Shown: in pieces, positions 1 to 12,697 of the stretch | How positions within the stretch are numbered: position 1 is the stretch's first letter | Layout: the number at the start of each line of letters is the position of its first letter | Assembly (NCBI RefSeq): GCF_018977255.1 | Contig: NW_024704743.1 | Location: 73,410,001-73,474,000, forward strand | Origin: Callorhinchus milii | Taxonomy: Eukaryota | Direction of reading: 5' to 3' | Length of the DNA: 64,000 bases | Made by a program: the position numbers and the translations under genes | Notes under the pieces: generated by a model | Told to the model about the DNA's origin: nothing | Seen by the model: only the letters and a program-made list of their open reading frames with translations | Database searches by the model: none

Positions 1-59
1 CTTTATCGACGATGGTGATGTCTGAGACGGTGACCTAGTTGCAACTACAGTATAGTGAT

Positions 60-410
60 AGTTTTTGTTGGCAAACTAGGCAGCGATTTCAGGCACAACT
101 CGGTCACACAAACAGCCGTTAGGAGTATGTTCATTTTTTTTCTGGGGAATTGTTAGCTAGGACACTGGATGAAACTCCCATCTTTTTTCCAAGATTGTTA
201 TGGTTTCTTTAACCCATACCTGAGGGCAGACAAGCAAGACCTCTATTTAATGCCTCATCCAAAAACACAGTAACTCCAACCATGCTGTGCTCCCCAGTGT
301 TGCACTTGATTGTCAGCCTGGTCTATGAGTTCAAGTTTTGAGGTAGGGCTCTATCAAATAATCTTCTGACCCGGGGTGAGGATGCTACACATTGAGCCAA
401 GGTGACACTT
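60..410 (-). mobile_element. Degraded long (Deu-like) SINE
   Basis: Same body blocks as 1345-1805 (gttagctaggacactgga, tttaatgcctcatccaaa, ttctgacccggggtgaggatgctac). Confidence 0.65.
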
Positions 411-1344
411 AATAAGTAGCACAGGTAAAATTCTTTGCTATAAATACAAAGAGTCAACCACCTTTGTTAAGGGACATGGTTTGGCAATGTGACCACTATT
501 TGGCCTGGCCGGAATGAAGACAGGAGTCCAACTTAATGTACGTTTTTCTGATAGAATCCATAGAGCCCACTGGGATTTGCAGTTGTGCCATTTGCATACA
601 AACAATGCATGTTATAAGGAAGAGAGTTGAAAAGAATCAAGACATGGGAGACAGAAGATTTATGCGCATTCATATTGCATACAAGTGAACTTTGCTGCAT
701 TTATATGAATTATGAATAGTAGGTGTATGTCGGTCTTTTAACTCCTTCCAAATATACCTTCTGAAAAGTCAGCTGAATGATGTGGAATGTTCTCACTGAT
801 AGATTGCTGACAGGCCATTCAGAGGCTATAATTCAATCTGGGGGGAGCTCTGGTGATGTAAAAACTGTGCAAGTGGAGAAGAATCATTTGTAGTGCCCCC
901 AGAACTCCCCAGATTAAATTATCATCAGATATTTGTTATTGTATATAATACTCCAGGGATTCATGGTGCTTAGAACTCAAGTACTTAACTGGAGCTGTGG
1001 GAACTGCTGCCATCTGCCTTTATTCACGTCTGCTCTGAGTAATTTTCTGCAATTTTCTATTTTCTTGCTTGTTCCATGATAGTTGCAAGGAGTAGATATT
1101 GTCAAAAGTACTTTATAATATTTTACATGTTTTTTTCATTTTAGCTGTTGCATCAAAAAGAATAGGGCAAAATGATATAGCAGTAAGAGTATACTGTATT
1201 TTAAGCCTGTTACGCCTGGGATTAAGCCTTTTCTCTCCCAATGTTTTATCGGGATAATTATCACTTTACACAGGGGGTGGAAATTACAATGTGTGAGTTG
1301 CTATTTTTTATGAAAATTATAGTCAAGGCTACTCAATAAATAAA

Positions 1345-1805
1345 ATATAAATAATTCTTGCATTTGATATAACACCTTAGCATGTTGCCGAGATATCATT
1401 CCAAAGCAATTCACAGGATATACTGTGAAGTGGTGTGATTATATTTTGTGGGCAAAAGTAGCAGCTAATTTGCGCACAGCAATGTCTGACAAACAACATG
1501 GAGTGAGTGACCAATTGTCTATGGAGGATTGTTGGTCTGGAACCCAGGAGAAGCTCCCTTCTCTTTTCAAATAGTGCCATGGAGTCTTTAATGTCTACTT
1601 TCAGATGAGACAGGACATTGGAAACCCCTGGACTGATATATCATCGGAAAAATCAGAAGCTGACTGATTTGGAATGCTCTCACTGATAGATTGCTGCCAG
1701 GCCATGTTGTTGTTCAATTGGACTGGTAGCATAGACTATATGAGTTCAGAGTCGCAATGCGGGGCTTGAACACACAACCTTCTGACTCAGAGGCGAGAAT
1801 GCTAC
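1345..1805 (-). mobile_element. Older, longer tRNA-derived SINE (DeuSINE/SacSINE1-like) with L2-type tail
   Basis: Tail at 1345, central ttttcaaatagtgccatgg..tctttaatgtc block, head ggggcttgaacacacaaccttctgactcagaggcgagaatgctac on the minus strand. Family name is from recollection. Confidence 0.75.
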
Positions 1806-1989
1806 AAATGAAGACAGATTCATACATGTTGAGAGGACATCTCAAAGCTCTTCATAGGATATATAGTAACTGTATAAATTTTGAGCATGGTGTAGGCAAA
1901 AGTGGGAGCCAATTTGTACATGACAAAATCCCACAAGCAACCTTGATAAATGGCCAATTTTATTTGTGGTAGTGTAGGCGAGGACAATA

Positions 1990-2211
1990 GAATAACAATA
2001 ATAATAATAATAATCTTTGCATTTGATATAGCGCTTTTCACGTCTTCTAGATGCCTCAAAGCTCTTCACAGACTATATACAGACTTCAATTGACTGTATA
2101 TTTGTGGGTGAAATGCAGCAGCCAATTGTGCACAGCAGTGTCCCACAACGTGGATTGAAGTGACCAGTATATTGCTTTTTTTCTTGAGGGATTATCATCA
2201 GGCGTGCGGAG
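1990..2211 (-). mobile_element. Short SINE body and tail, in tandem with 2212-2540
   Basis: (aat)n ctttgcatttgatatagcgc ... gagggattatc. Confidence 0.85.
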
Positions 2212-2540
2212 TAATAATAATAATAATAATTCTTGCATTTGATATAGCGCTTTTCACATCGGGAGGACGTCCCAAAGCGCTTAACAGAACACACTGTAAA
2301 TTGAATTGACTGTATATTTGTGGGCGAAAGCGGCAGCCAATTGTGCACAGCAATGTCCCACAAACAGTCGTAGATTGAAAATGACCAATTTATTATTGTT
2401 TTTGGTTTTGGAGGGATTATTATTAGGCTCTGTGTGGAGTAAGGAAACTTGCCCAAGGTTTCGCCCTCTGCCTGGAATTGAACTCAGGTCTCTCGCTTGC
2501 AAAGCGAATGCTCTAACCACTGAGCTACAGGACTCCATGA
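2212..2540 (-). mobile_element. Full-length tRNA(Ala-like)-headed SINE with CORE-like ttgggcaagtt motif and L2-type tail
   Basis: Minus strand reads tcatggagtcctgtagctcagtggttagagcattcgctttgcaagcgagagacctgagttcaattcc (A and B boxes, TGC anticodon loop) ... gcgctatatcaaatgcaagaa(tta)n. Confidence 0.9.
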
Positions 2541-2644
2541 AAGAATGAAAGAAATAAAGAGTTAAGTCGGTATCCTGGCAATCCAAATACCGCCCAGCAA
2601 CTCCATTAACAGACACTGACAGCTTTGGACTTGGGGTGGGAGGG

Positions 2645-2970
2645 TCATGGAGTCCTGTAGCTCAGTGGTTAGAGCACTCGCTTTTGCAAGCGAGAGACCT
2701 GAGTTCAATTCCAGGCAGAGGGCGAAACCTTGGGCAAGTTTCCTTACTCCACACATCTTATAAGAATCCCTCCAAAAAACCAAAATAATAATAAATTGGT
2801 TATTTTCAATCCACGACTGTTTGTGGGACATTGCTATGCGCAATTGGCTGCCGCGTTCGCCCACAAATATACAGTCAATTCACTTTACAGTGTGTTCTGT
2901 GAAGCGCTTTGGGACGTCCTCCCAACGTGAAAAGCGCTATATCAAATGCAAGGATTATTATTATTATTAT
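2645..2970 (+). mobile_element. Full-length tRNA(Ala-like)-headed SINE, inverted partner of 2212-2540
   Basis: Same head (TAGCTCAGTGG A box, GAGTTCAATTC B box), body and tail gcgctatatcaaatgcaagga(tta)n. Confidence 0.9.
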
Positions 2971-3224
2971 GGTCACACCCTTAGAGCCGTCATTATCAAC
3001 TGCCGTCGACTTCAGTTTTAAACAATGTGCCAATTTTCACTCCCAAATTACATTTACTATAAATGTAGTCCAGTTTTAATTCTACACTTTTTGAATAGCT
3101 TATAAATTGAATCTATGAAAAGTATGAGTTTTTAATAGATTTAACCATACAAATGTTTAATACATTTAATTGATGGGAATTAAATACATCTGTTGTCTTG
3201 ACTCTCTTTAAAGAAAAACTAAGT

Positions 3225-3715
3225 CATAGCACGGAGAGTTGCTGGGATGTTGAATGCTCTACCAAGAGTTGTTACGGCCTGGATTGCACTGCCTGAAAGG
3301 GTGGTGGAAACAGATTCAACAACAACTTTCAAAAGGGAATTAGATAGGTACTGAAAAGAAACAAATTGCAGGGATATGGGGAAAGAGCGGTGGAGTGGGA
3401 CTAATCGGGAGCTCTTCCAAAGAGCCGGCACAGGCACGATGGGCTGAATGGCCTCCTTCTGTGCTGTAATATTCTATAATTCTACAATTCTAAGTAAGTG
3501 GTAGAGGCAAGGTCCATTGTGGATTTCAGGGGGGAAGCAGACAGATACATGAAAGACAGTGGCTTGAAAGGGTATGGGGAAAGGCAGGGCAGTGGGACTA
3601 ATAATAATAATAATTCTTGCATTTGATATGCTTGAATGAACATCTTGCTATGAGAGCTGGTGCACTCGATAGGCCAAATGGTCTCCTTCATCACTGTAAA
3701 TTTCTATGATTCTAT
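3225..3715 (+). mobile_element. Two tandem CR1 3' ends
   Basis: gggctgaatggcctccttctgtgctgtaatattctataattcta (about 3440-3490) and ggccaaatggtctcc...ttctatgattcta (about 3670-3715). Confidence 0.85.
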
Positions 3716-3817
3716 AGCAAATATATAAGTAGTCATTCACCATATTCATTATTGCTGTTTGGATTGCCTTTAGTCAGCCTGGTTGTACATTCTCCTCATC
3801 TGGAGAATCAACAGAGC

Positions 3818-4092
3818 AAAACCTCAGGCAAGTTTCCTTACTCCACCTCTATTTACCTAGCAGTAAGTAGGAACCCTGTTGGCCGATCGCTTTCCTCGGG
3901 TAATAATACCTTTAAAAAAATGTGGTCAATCAATCCATGACTGTTTGTGGGGCACTGCTGTACACAATTGGCCGCTGCATTTAGCTCACAAAATATAGTC
4001 ACTGCACTTTACTGTATATCCTGTGAAGCACTGTGAAACGTCTCGAGGATATGATAAGGCGCTGTATCAAATTAAAGGATTATTATTATTAT
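3818..4092 (+). mobile_element. SINE with extended CORE-like segment, head missing
   Basis: ggcaagtttccttactccacctctatttacctagcagtaagtaggaa ... aaggattattattatt. Confidence 0.8.
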
Positions 4093-7000
4093 CTGTACAC
4101 TTCAGTTGATAACACTGGAGAGATGTACAATGTTCACCCAATCCCTCTCTCTGCAGATTATCTATATTGTAGGCAGTTTCCAGACAGGTCAGACAAGGTT
4201 AATTTTGCACATCTTTGAGCTATGTGATGATGTGATTGAACGATTCAGGAGGTGTAGCACATATATCATGCTGCTATGATTAAACTTTTATGTTCTCCCA
4301 TCAAAATAAAGTTGGGATTTCTCTGATATGCTCTCAACAGCCACCAAGAGTCGGGATTTGAAATGAGGCTGTCACCATATGAAGAAAGAGTCCTAACGCT
4401 CAGTAATTTGTCAGTGTTAGATTAGGCTCTTTCCATGTGGTGTGTGAAGTGTGGATGAAAGATGAGGATTATACACAGTGACGACTACAAAAGATGTTCT
4501 GGTCTGTGACAATTCATTCTTTTTTATTTCTTCCTATTCTATTCTTCACTCAGATCCTTCAAGTACGTGTGCATTCCAGTGCTCAGCATCCTCGTCCCAC
4601 TCCTACATAATCATGTTTATGTTTTATATTATTTAGTTATGACTGCCAACAAATTTTGTGAAAAAATGAAAATATATTTCATTCTCCCCATCCCTGTTGA
4701 CCGAAAGCACAGTTGTATTCTTTGTTGAATGACCAAGGATAAAAAATTTATTAATACAATGTGTAAAAATATGTGTAAATCTAGGTCTATTGTGCATCAT
4801 ATGTAAATCATATGTACACACATATATAGAGAGAAAGAATTACTGGTGCCCTTATCAATCTAATAACAATTAGGAAAAAGGATTGGATCTTAATTATTAT
4901 TTAAACTAAAAAAATTATAATTGTTGGATTTGATATAGAGCTTTATCGTTATGTCTCAAAGTGCTTCATAACATTTAATGTAGTGTATTGACAGTGTATT
5001 TTGTAGGTGAATGCAATATCCATTTTATGTGCAGCAATGTCCTACAAATAGCCATAATGATCAATTTTATCTGGGGGATTGTTGGCAAGGGCACTGGGAG
5101 AAACTCACTTCTAATTACATAATAAGGAAATCTTAATTCCCTCTATACACATTCATTTATATTTGGTTTGCATATATCACACTGAACACATTACCCACAG
5201 TTTGTGTATGATGTACACTTGGGATACAATCCATCTGTATTTACGTAAGGATTACAAATGGCAAAAATACTATACCTTGGTTAGCACATGGTTTACACAT
5301 TGTATATAATATATCCTCGGAGCCTGAATTATCTCCTCCCCCCGCACCCTCCAATAAAATTGATCACTCACTTCATGGATGTTTGTGGGACATTGATGTG
5401 CTCAAATTGGCTGCTGTGTTTCGCCCACAAAATACATACAATCACACCACTTTACGGTATATCTTGTGAAGCGCTTTGAGACATCTTGATGATGTGATGA
5501 GGCAATATATCAAATGTAAGGATTATGATCAAACTGAATACATTAAAGAACTATTTGTGTGATTTATTTTAAAAGGATGCTCCCACGTTTGGCCGCAAAC
5601 TTTTAGTGGAACAATACAGAAAGCTCACACCATATGCATTCCTACCTCTAGAGGGCCGCATAAAGAAGTAGTTTTCGCTGGCAATAGGCAGTCATGTTTT
5701 TTGTGTGATGCAGGTTGAGACAATAAGGAAACATCATACTTTGTTAGTTAACTGTAGCAAATTTTTCATTGTGGTTATAATGAGAACAGTGATGCTAACT
5801 CTTATTCTACCTATGTATCCCCAGCCATTGGGAAAGCTATGGTGCTCAGAAATCAAGTCCTTGACCTTGGTTTAACAACCACTACTTGGTTCAGTTGGTC
5901 GCAAGCTTGCCTCTGTGTCAGGTGTTTGGGGTTCATCAGGATTGAAGCTCATAGTTAGGCTGATACTTTTGTGCAGTAAACTGAGATTCCTTGTGCTTAC
6001 TCCCATTACACTATTCAATAAGAGACTGCATTTTCTCCTGGTTTCCTGGCAAATATTCCTTCAGGTAAATTGGCCATTCACCTCCTGGCTGTTTGCAAGA
6101 CTGCTGTGCAAAAACTGGCTGATGTGGTTGCCTACCAAAGCAGTTACTACATTTGAAAGTCATTACAGTCATGAACTAAGCAACATTTCACAATAAGGTG
6201 TATTATCTCTGGAATCTCCATGTGTAGGTGGGTTGCGTGGAATTCTTAGTTTGGTTTGGATACTCTTAAGCATGGTGATGGGTTTCCGCATGTGACAGAC
6301 CAACAATCAATTTGAGTGCATGCTTTTCAGTGAATTTCCCCTTCTCTGCATCTATGTGAGCAGGTCCACTGAGTTTGACATGCCATTCAATATCACCTAT
6401 TCTGCTCCTGATTGTGTTTAAATTGATAAAAGCTGGACTGATAGGAATATAATGAAACTGCAATATTTGGTAATCGGTGATGAAACAACAAATAAGGGAG
6501 ATTTTGAGCATCCCATATACTGTGAGATGTTCCTTAATATTATGCTAAGCTTGTAGCTTTGATCTGTTAGAAATGCATTGTGATACAAACACATTCAGTT
6601 ATTTTCATAACTAATGGAAATGTACAAAGGATATCTACATTTCCATATTCTTGTTTGCACGGTAACAAATGTGTCTCCAACACCTTAGCCATCTCTAGGG
6701 TATCCTAGACAGCAACTGCATCTTGTCAGGCTCGCAGCTCGCCTCTTGAATCTCAGTCTTTTATTTAACTCTCATCACACATACACAGAGCTGTCACTGG
6801 CAACCTTGCCTACAGTCACTCCTGAACCCATCAGTAACTGACATCAACTTACTTGTATGGTTAGGCTCCTTATTAAGTTTCCAAGTACGACAAACAAGAG
6901 ATAGACGCCCAACCAGACACAGAGGCAGCAATGATTTACATAAGATGATAAATCAGTGGCAACATCAAAAAGATAAGAGCTACTCCCTTGATATACCTCA

Positions 7001-8649
7001 AATATATAGACTCATTCATCCACATCTTTATATGTTTCCTCTCTGTTCTAATAGGAGTCCACGCTTAGTTCCTGAGTTACTAAGTCTTATGACTGGACAT
7101 TTTTTTAAAAAGTAAAATGATAGCAATAATTGAAATATTTTGTTTTACCTATGTGCTTTGATTATTTCAGCTTTTTTTTGCTCTTGGGCTCAGGGAGGTT
7201 TGAGTTTCCTTTCAGTGATATTAGGAAGGTCAATCAAATATTGTGCGGGCAGATGCAGTCAGGCATGATGCAGTGCTCAGCGATTAAAGTAAGCTCAGTG
7301 GAATGGGCTCGGTGTAACGGATTATGGATGAGATTATGTTCCACTCTCTCCTCTGATACACTGACAACAGCCAAAGTGAAGTGAGCTGACATAGAACTTG
7401 GTTCAGAATTTAACGTGTCTCAGTCCACGGGCCCAAAAATGATCAAAAACAAATGACCCTTAAAATTACCTAGAATTGTCAGTAAAGTAAAATATTTAAC
7501 AAGAAGGGGTATAGGGTAGAAGGTTAAAGTTAGAGATTTAACTTTAACTAAACTAAAACATTAGAGGATGTTTTCATATTTAAAAAAACTCTTTGAAATT
7601 GAGCTGTTCATGTTTACATGTGCTGAAATCTGCAGGGGGTCTTTGATATTGTTTTTCTTCTCTCTCTGTCTTTCTCTCTGTTTGTTGGGTCTTATACCAA
7701 GCATTGCAAGTGATTAGTTGAATCTTGCTATCCAGTGATGATAGCTCAAACTTTGAACTGCAATGCAAGTACCGAGGGAATGAAATCAAAACATATCATG
7801 TACCTCAGAGAAAAGAAATCAGATATAGAAGTTACAAAGCTGAAGTCCAGGCACAAACATAAGATTTATTAAAGGGATCCTCAGATCCTATTACATAATT
7901 TTAATCAAAATCCCATCATCTTAAATAATAGCATCATAAAGCTGAGAAGGAACCATTGTGGAGGAGAGGGACCATTTTTCTATCAAAATCTCATGTAACA
8001 AATGTCTCTCTTGAGGTGTGTAATATCTTGTATGTGCAGGAGATGAGCCGAATTGAATTTTCCTCTTTGCTTACATGGCCTCTTCTCCCTGAAGCGATGC
8101 ATTCTTCAGATACTGCATGTACTGTAGTGTCCGACTGGGATTTGATTCAGGCTGTTGACACAAACCCAGGGCGAACTCGCCTTATTTAATTTGAGCTCTT
8201 TATGTAGTCCATTTATTACAAAAGAGCTATGCTCTTAAGACAGAATTAACAGCTTTGTCTGCATGTAGCACAAACTAAGAAAAACAGAGGTGCCTAGGAC
8301 ACAAGGAGCTGCCACATCAGAAATGGTTATTTCATAGTAAATGATAATGTAATTTGATGTAGCGCTTCCCGGAATATACTATAAAGTGAATTGACTATAT
8401 GTTTATGGATGTATTGCCACTATAGTTATTAGAGGCAACACACATTAGATGTAAATTGCTCTGGCTACAACCACCAGTGTGGGTGAGCTTTACTGTTGTT
8501 TTGGACTCAGAATATACAGCCACAAGACTTTCATAATTTCTTAGTTATTCCAAGAGGTGAAGAGCCACGGAGCTAGGAAATGGAAGCTTTGTCTTATCCT
8601 GTGTCTGAACTGAGACTCCTGGAGGCCATTCATAGAACAACACTTAATA

Positions 8650-9000
8650 AAATATAATAATAATCGTTACATTTGATACAGCATCTTTCAAATCAGGAGG
8701 ATATTTCAGAGTTTCACAAGATATACTGTAAAATGTAGTATTGTGGACTTTGTAAGCGAATGCAACAGCCAATTTCCATGAAGTGAGTAACCAATTTTAT
8801 TTGGGGGATTGTGGGCCAGGACATAAGGAGAAACACTTTTCTCTTATCAATTAGTGTCAAGGGATCTCGAACATCCCACTGAACAGGCAGACACGACATT
8901 GGCTTAATGTCTCATCCAAACGGTAGCACTTCCAATAATGCAGTGCTTCCCCAGGACAGCAATGGAATTTCAGCCAAGACTAAGCTGAGAGTCCTGAAAT
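8650..9000 (-). mobile_element. Degraded long (Deu-like) SINE
   Basis: Tail at about 8650, gtgggccaggaca, ttaatgtctcatccaaacggtagcacttcc. Confidence 0.7.
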
Positions 9001-9949
9001 GGGAAGAACAAAGTTGTTATCTTGTCTGCATTGCTCAAAATAATTCAGCTGGAGAACAGTTGATAATAAATTTGATGCAAGACTCTGGACTCAATTAAAA
9101 AACAACTCAACTCTGTGATGGGAGGACAGTAGGGTGGGTAGTCTGGAAGGATGAGGTCAAATGGACTGAAGGGCCGTCTTTATCCAAACCAATCTTGCGG
9201 TCTTGTGAACCTTTTAATTCTGCATTTTGCTTTCAAAATACAATGATAGGATTTACCATCTGTGCTTGAAGGATGAGAATGCTGTGAATGTCAATAATGT
9301 ACAGCCTTCAAGTCCAAGTCATTTATCTTTCAAAATGTATGAATTTTTAACATTTTCACAATTTTGTCTGTCCTGGCTGGTGATGAAAAACATGCAAACT
9401 AAATGCACAATAATTATTACAGTCAGCTATATTTTTGAACTAAGATGTTGTTTTCTTCAAATCGCATGACATTTTTAATATTGTTCAATGGATGTACAAA
9501 TGAAGAGGTGTCAACCGGCATCAAAAAAGCAAAACACGATTACGGTATTAATTATCCATGCAGACCAGATATTCCGTTTAGAATGTATTCCATATGGTGG
9601 AAAGCCATGACAGGCAATTTAATAAGGATGAATTCTACATTATTTCAATGCCAAGTGAAAAAATGTCATTTCATTATGGTTCAAAAGTCTCCCTGGGGTG
9701 GAATTTCTAATTTCTTTCCATAGAAACCAGGGTACTATTAGGAAGGGAAATTGTCTGTTCATTTGCAAGTTACATTTTTCTATCTTAGTGGATTGAATTG
9801 CTTACAGGCAAAAGCTCTCTACATTGTGCTGCAGGAATTAATTTCATAAAATGCTATAGTTACAATATTTGCATTTAGTACAACAACGTATGGTGAAAGA
9901 TTATAGAATATTTAACTAAAGAGTTACTTTGAAGTGTGGGGCGACTAAT

Positions 9950-10370
9950 AGTAATAATAATAATGCTTGTGTTTAATATACTGCTTATAAGGGCAAATTA
10001 TCGTCAGTAATTGCTACAGAGGAAGCAAAACCAGCAGTCTTTTTGCACAATGCAATTTCTCACAACCAGCCATGGAGTGAGCGGTTTATGAGGATTGTTG
10101 GCCAGGACACTAGGAGAAATGTCTTTCTCTTTTGAATTGCATCATGGGATCTGTAATTTCTATCTAAATAGGCAGATATCGCGTCAATGAAGAATGGTCC
10201 CTCCGACAAAAGTGCTTTGAGACGCCGTCCGGCGTGGAGGGCGCTATATAAATCCAAGTTGTTGTTGTTGTTACAGCACTCCCCCAGCATTGCAATGTGG
10301 TGTCGGTCTAAAATGTAAGCTGAAAGTACTGACACAGAAGCAAAGGTGCTACCAACTACCCAGGCTGACT
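9950..10370 (-). mobile_element. Degraded long SINE with a young 60-bp L2 tail inserted at about 10212-10272 (+)
   Basis: SINE blocks flank gtgctttgagacgccgtccggcgtggagggcgctatataaatccaag(ttg)n. Confidence 0.75.
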
Positions 10371-12219
10371 ATTTATGCAGATGTATCAGCCAATCTGCCC
10401 CAGCTATAGTTCCAAGGAATAATAATTAGACACTAATAATTTCTTTTCTTATTTGAGGGAGAATATTTATTTTGGTCAGCCGGGTGTCAGACATATGCTG
10501 AAGGATATTCAAACCAAACTGAGAGTCCATCCATCCCCACCTACACATGAAAATTCCTGAGATATTTATTGGAATTTAATGCGCACTCTCTCTCTGCAGG
10601 CATACATCCTGCTTACCTAGTTTTGGTGAGTATTAGGTGCAGGTTGGTAAGACCCAAGGCTTGGAGACCCCGGAGTGTCTGTTGGGGTACTGCTGCAGTC
10701 TAACCAACTAAAATAGCAAAGCTTGGCACTGTTCGGCAAGCTTTTCCGCTGCTTGTCCAGCCACTACCACCACAGAAGGTGGGCTCGATTCTGACATTCT
10801 GTCAATTTGGGGCCAGTATGTTGGCCAGAACACATCTAAATATACATTAGGGCTAACCAGTGATATTTTTAAATAACAATTTACATTTACATAGCTCCCC
10901 TCATGCAGGCTAGCAGCTCAGAGCGCTTGAGAAATAAACTATTTCTGACAGTAATTCACGATTCATACAGTTAGTTTAGTACAATTGCTAATCAGTGCTA
11001 AGTGCTCTTCTGATTTCTACACATTCATACTTGTTTGTTCAAGTTTTTCACATAAAAATATAAAAGTTGCTGTGTAATTCAGTTGCTGATAATTGTAAAT
11101 CAGTAATATGCGCTTTGACCATGTTGGAAACCACGATAAAGCTTGGTTTCAGTTCTTCATTAGGAAAACTACAAGTTGAAATTCTGGTTCACAAATGTTT
11201 TAAGAGATACCAGTACAGGGGAGGGGTTGTGCCAGTTAGGTTGCTTTCAGATATTCCAGAGGAGGTGGACATCTTCTCCAGCACCATCATGAAGTGGTAC
11301 AAGCAATTATAACTTGGAGTCCAAGGGGCTCTTTAATAGAGAGTTAGGCAGCTCAACATGGTTGTGGCATTTAGCTACCTCACAGAGTGAGATGCATCCC
11401 GAGGCTGGAGTTCAGAATTGTCAACTCCACTCCAGCTTGTGGTCAGGAAATTGTTCCATTTTGCGTTCATGCTGTCAGACCACCTCTCCTTGTGTCACCA
11501 ACCTCCTTCCAATCATTTGCACAGTGGCTCTGAACAGAAAGCAAATCTCCAAAAACATTACAGACACTTTCTTGGGGGTCAATAATACTTTATTACACAT
11601 CAAACCAGAAGAGCTGTTCACCAAAAAACATAATGGCCATTTCCATTAGTGTAAACAACAGAAATAAAAAAAACATCAGCAGTTTGATATTATTTGCATG
11701 CATAAATATAATTTAATGTATATATCAAATTATCTTCCTGTTACAAAAGGCAGCAAAAATTCAAATGTTACTAACCTGATATTAAAAATCTAGACACATT
11801 CAGAATAAATAATACCAATAAAACACTCATATTTCACCACAAAGTGAAATTAAATAGAGAATGATGTAAACATAAGTGACCACAAACATTTTAACAGTGG
11901 AAATAATGGTAGGTTTACAACAATCCTTGTGACCAACAGAGTAATATAACACAGTTAAAGTGCTTAACAGTTAAATTCTTTGAATGTTGAGGATCATTTT
12001 TCTGGAATAGACACTGATAAACAGCAATAGGCACATTTTATTTTTCCACCAGAGCCGTAAAGCAATGTCTAAGTCTCTCTGAAGTCGTTCAGCTGTGAAG
12101 GTGGTTGTAAGTCAAATAGATGAGATGATAGCCATGAGCAGGAATGGGGGGGTATCACTTGAGGTACATTATATTCTTAGTAAGCTTCATGTTATAGGTA
12201 GCATCATTAAGGCAGGAAA

Positions 12220-12660
12220 ATTATTATTTCTCATTACTAAGAGAGTCGAGGAAGTAAAGATGTATTCCATGGCTTCATCAATCCTTCACCCTGGAGCCAT
12301 TGCACCTGTAGCCTGTTGCTCCCCTGCCACTTTGATGAAAGGCTGGCCTTTTTGAGTTTCACTGTGAAAAGTGACCACCTGCTTCTGATAGTTGGAAAAG
12401 TGCTGTTGTTTAGAGCACCAGGTGATGCCATATAAGCAGTTGAGGGAAGGTAATAGTTCCAGGTGTGATAATTCTAGCAGGTGAGCTGGGGTTACAGGTC
12501 AGTCAAAGCAAAGTGGTCTCCTGGAGGAAGGTCCACACCCACAGAATCTGAATGTTGATCAGACAAGAGATGCTGGGCTACATTCAAAGTCATTCCACAA
12601 GTCCAACATGTGGTACGATAGGAAATCACAATATGACGATATGCTGTCAAGTGATTCCAT
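12220..12660 (-). pseudogene. Possible highly decayed PIF/Harbinger DDE transposase fragment
   Basis: Ordered motif remnants across frames on the minus strand: HIVI, LNVAQHLLSD...PGDH, YMASP, FTVKLKKAS...RLQVQW, RID...MRN. These resemble Harbinger THI, LNVQ.VCD...PGS.HD, YLMTP, FN..LS.AR...RLK.RW, RLD...LHN. Matched by eye only. Confidence 0.4.
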
Positions 12661-12697
12661 ATGTAATTTTCCATCTGTTCATGAGATCCAAAATCAA

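Noticed and set aside
2649..2725. tRNA-Ala(TGC)-like gene, and its mirror at about 2460-2536
   Set aside because: The acceptor stem pairs at only about 3 bp, this copy has an 8-nt anticodon loop, and the sequence runs directly into a SINE body and tail. It is a SINE head, not a tRNA gene.
1377..3021. Recurrent ORF peptides such as KRYIKCKDYYYY, IIIII and LAAAFAHKY here and across the window
   Set aside because: These are translations of the SINE body and (TTA)n tail, not a protein family.
5645..5659. CTCF-like motif cctctagagggccgc
   Set aside because: A single imperfect match is expected by chance in 64 kb.
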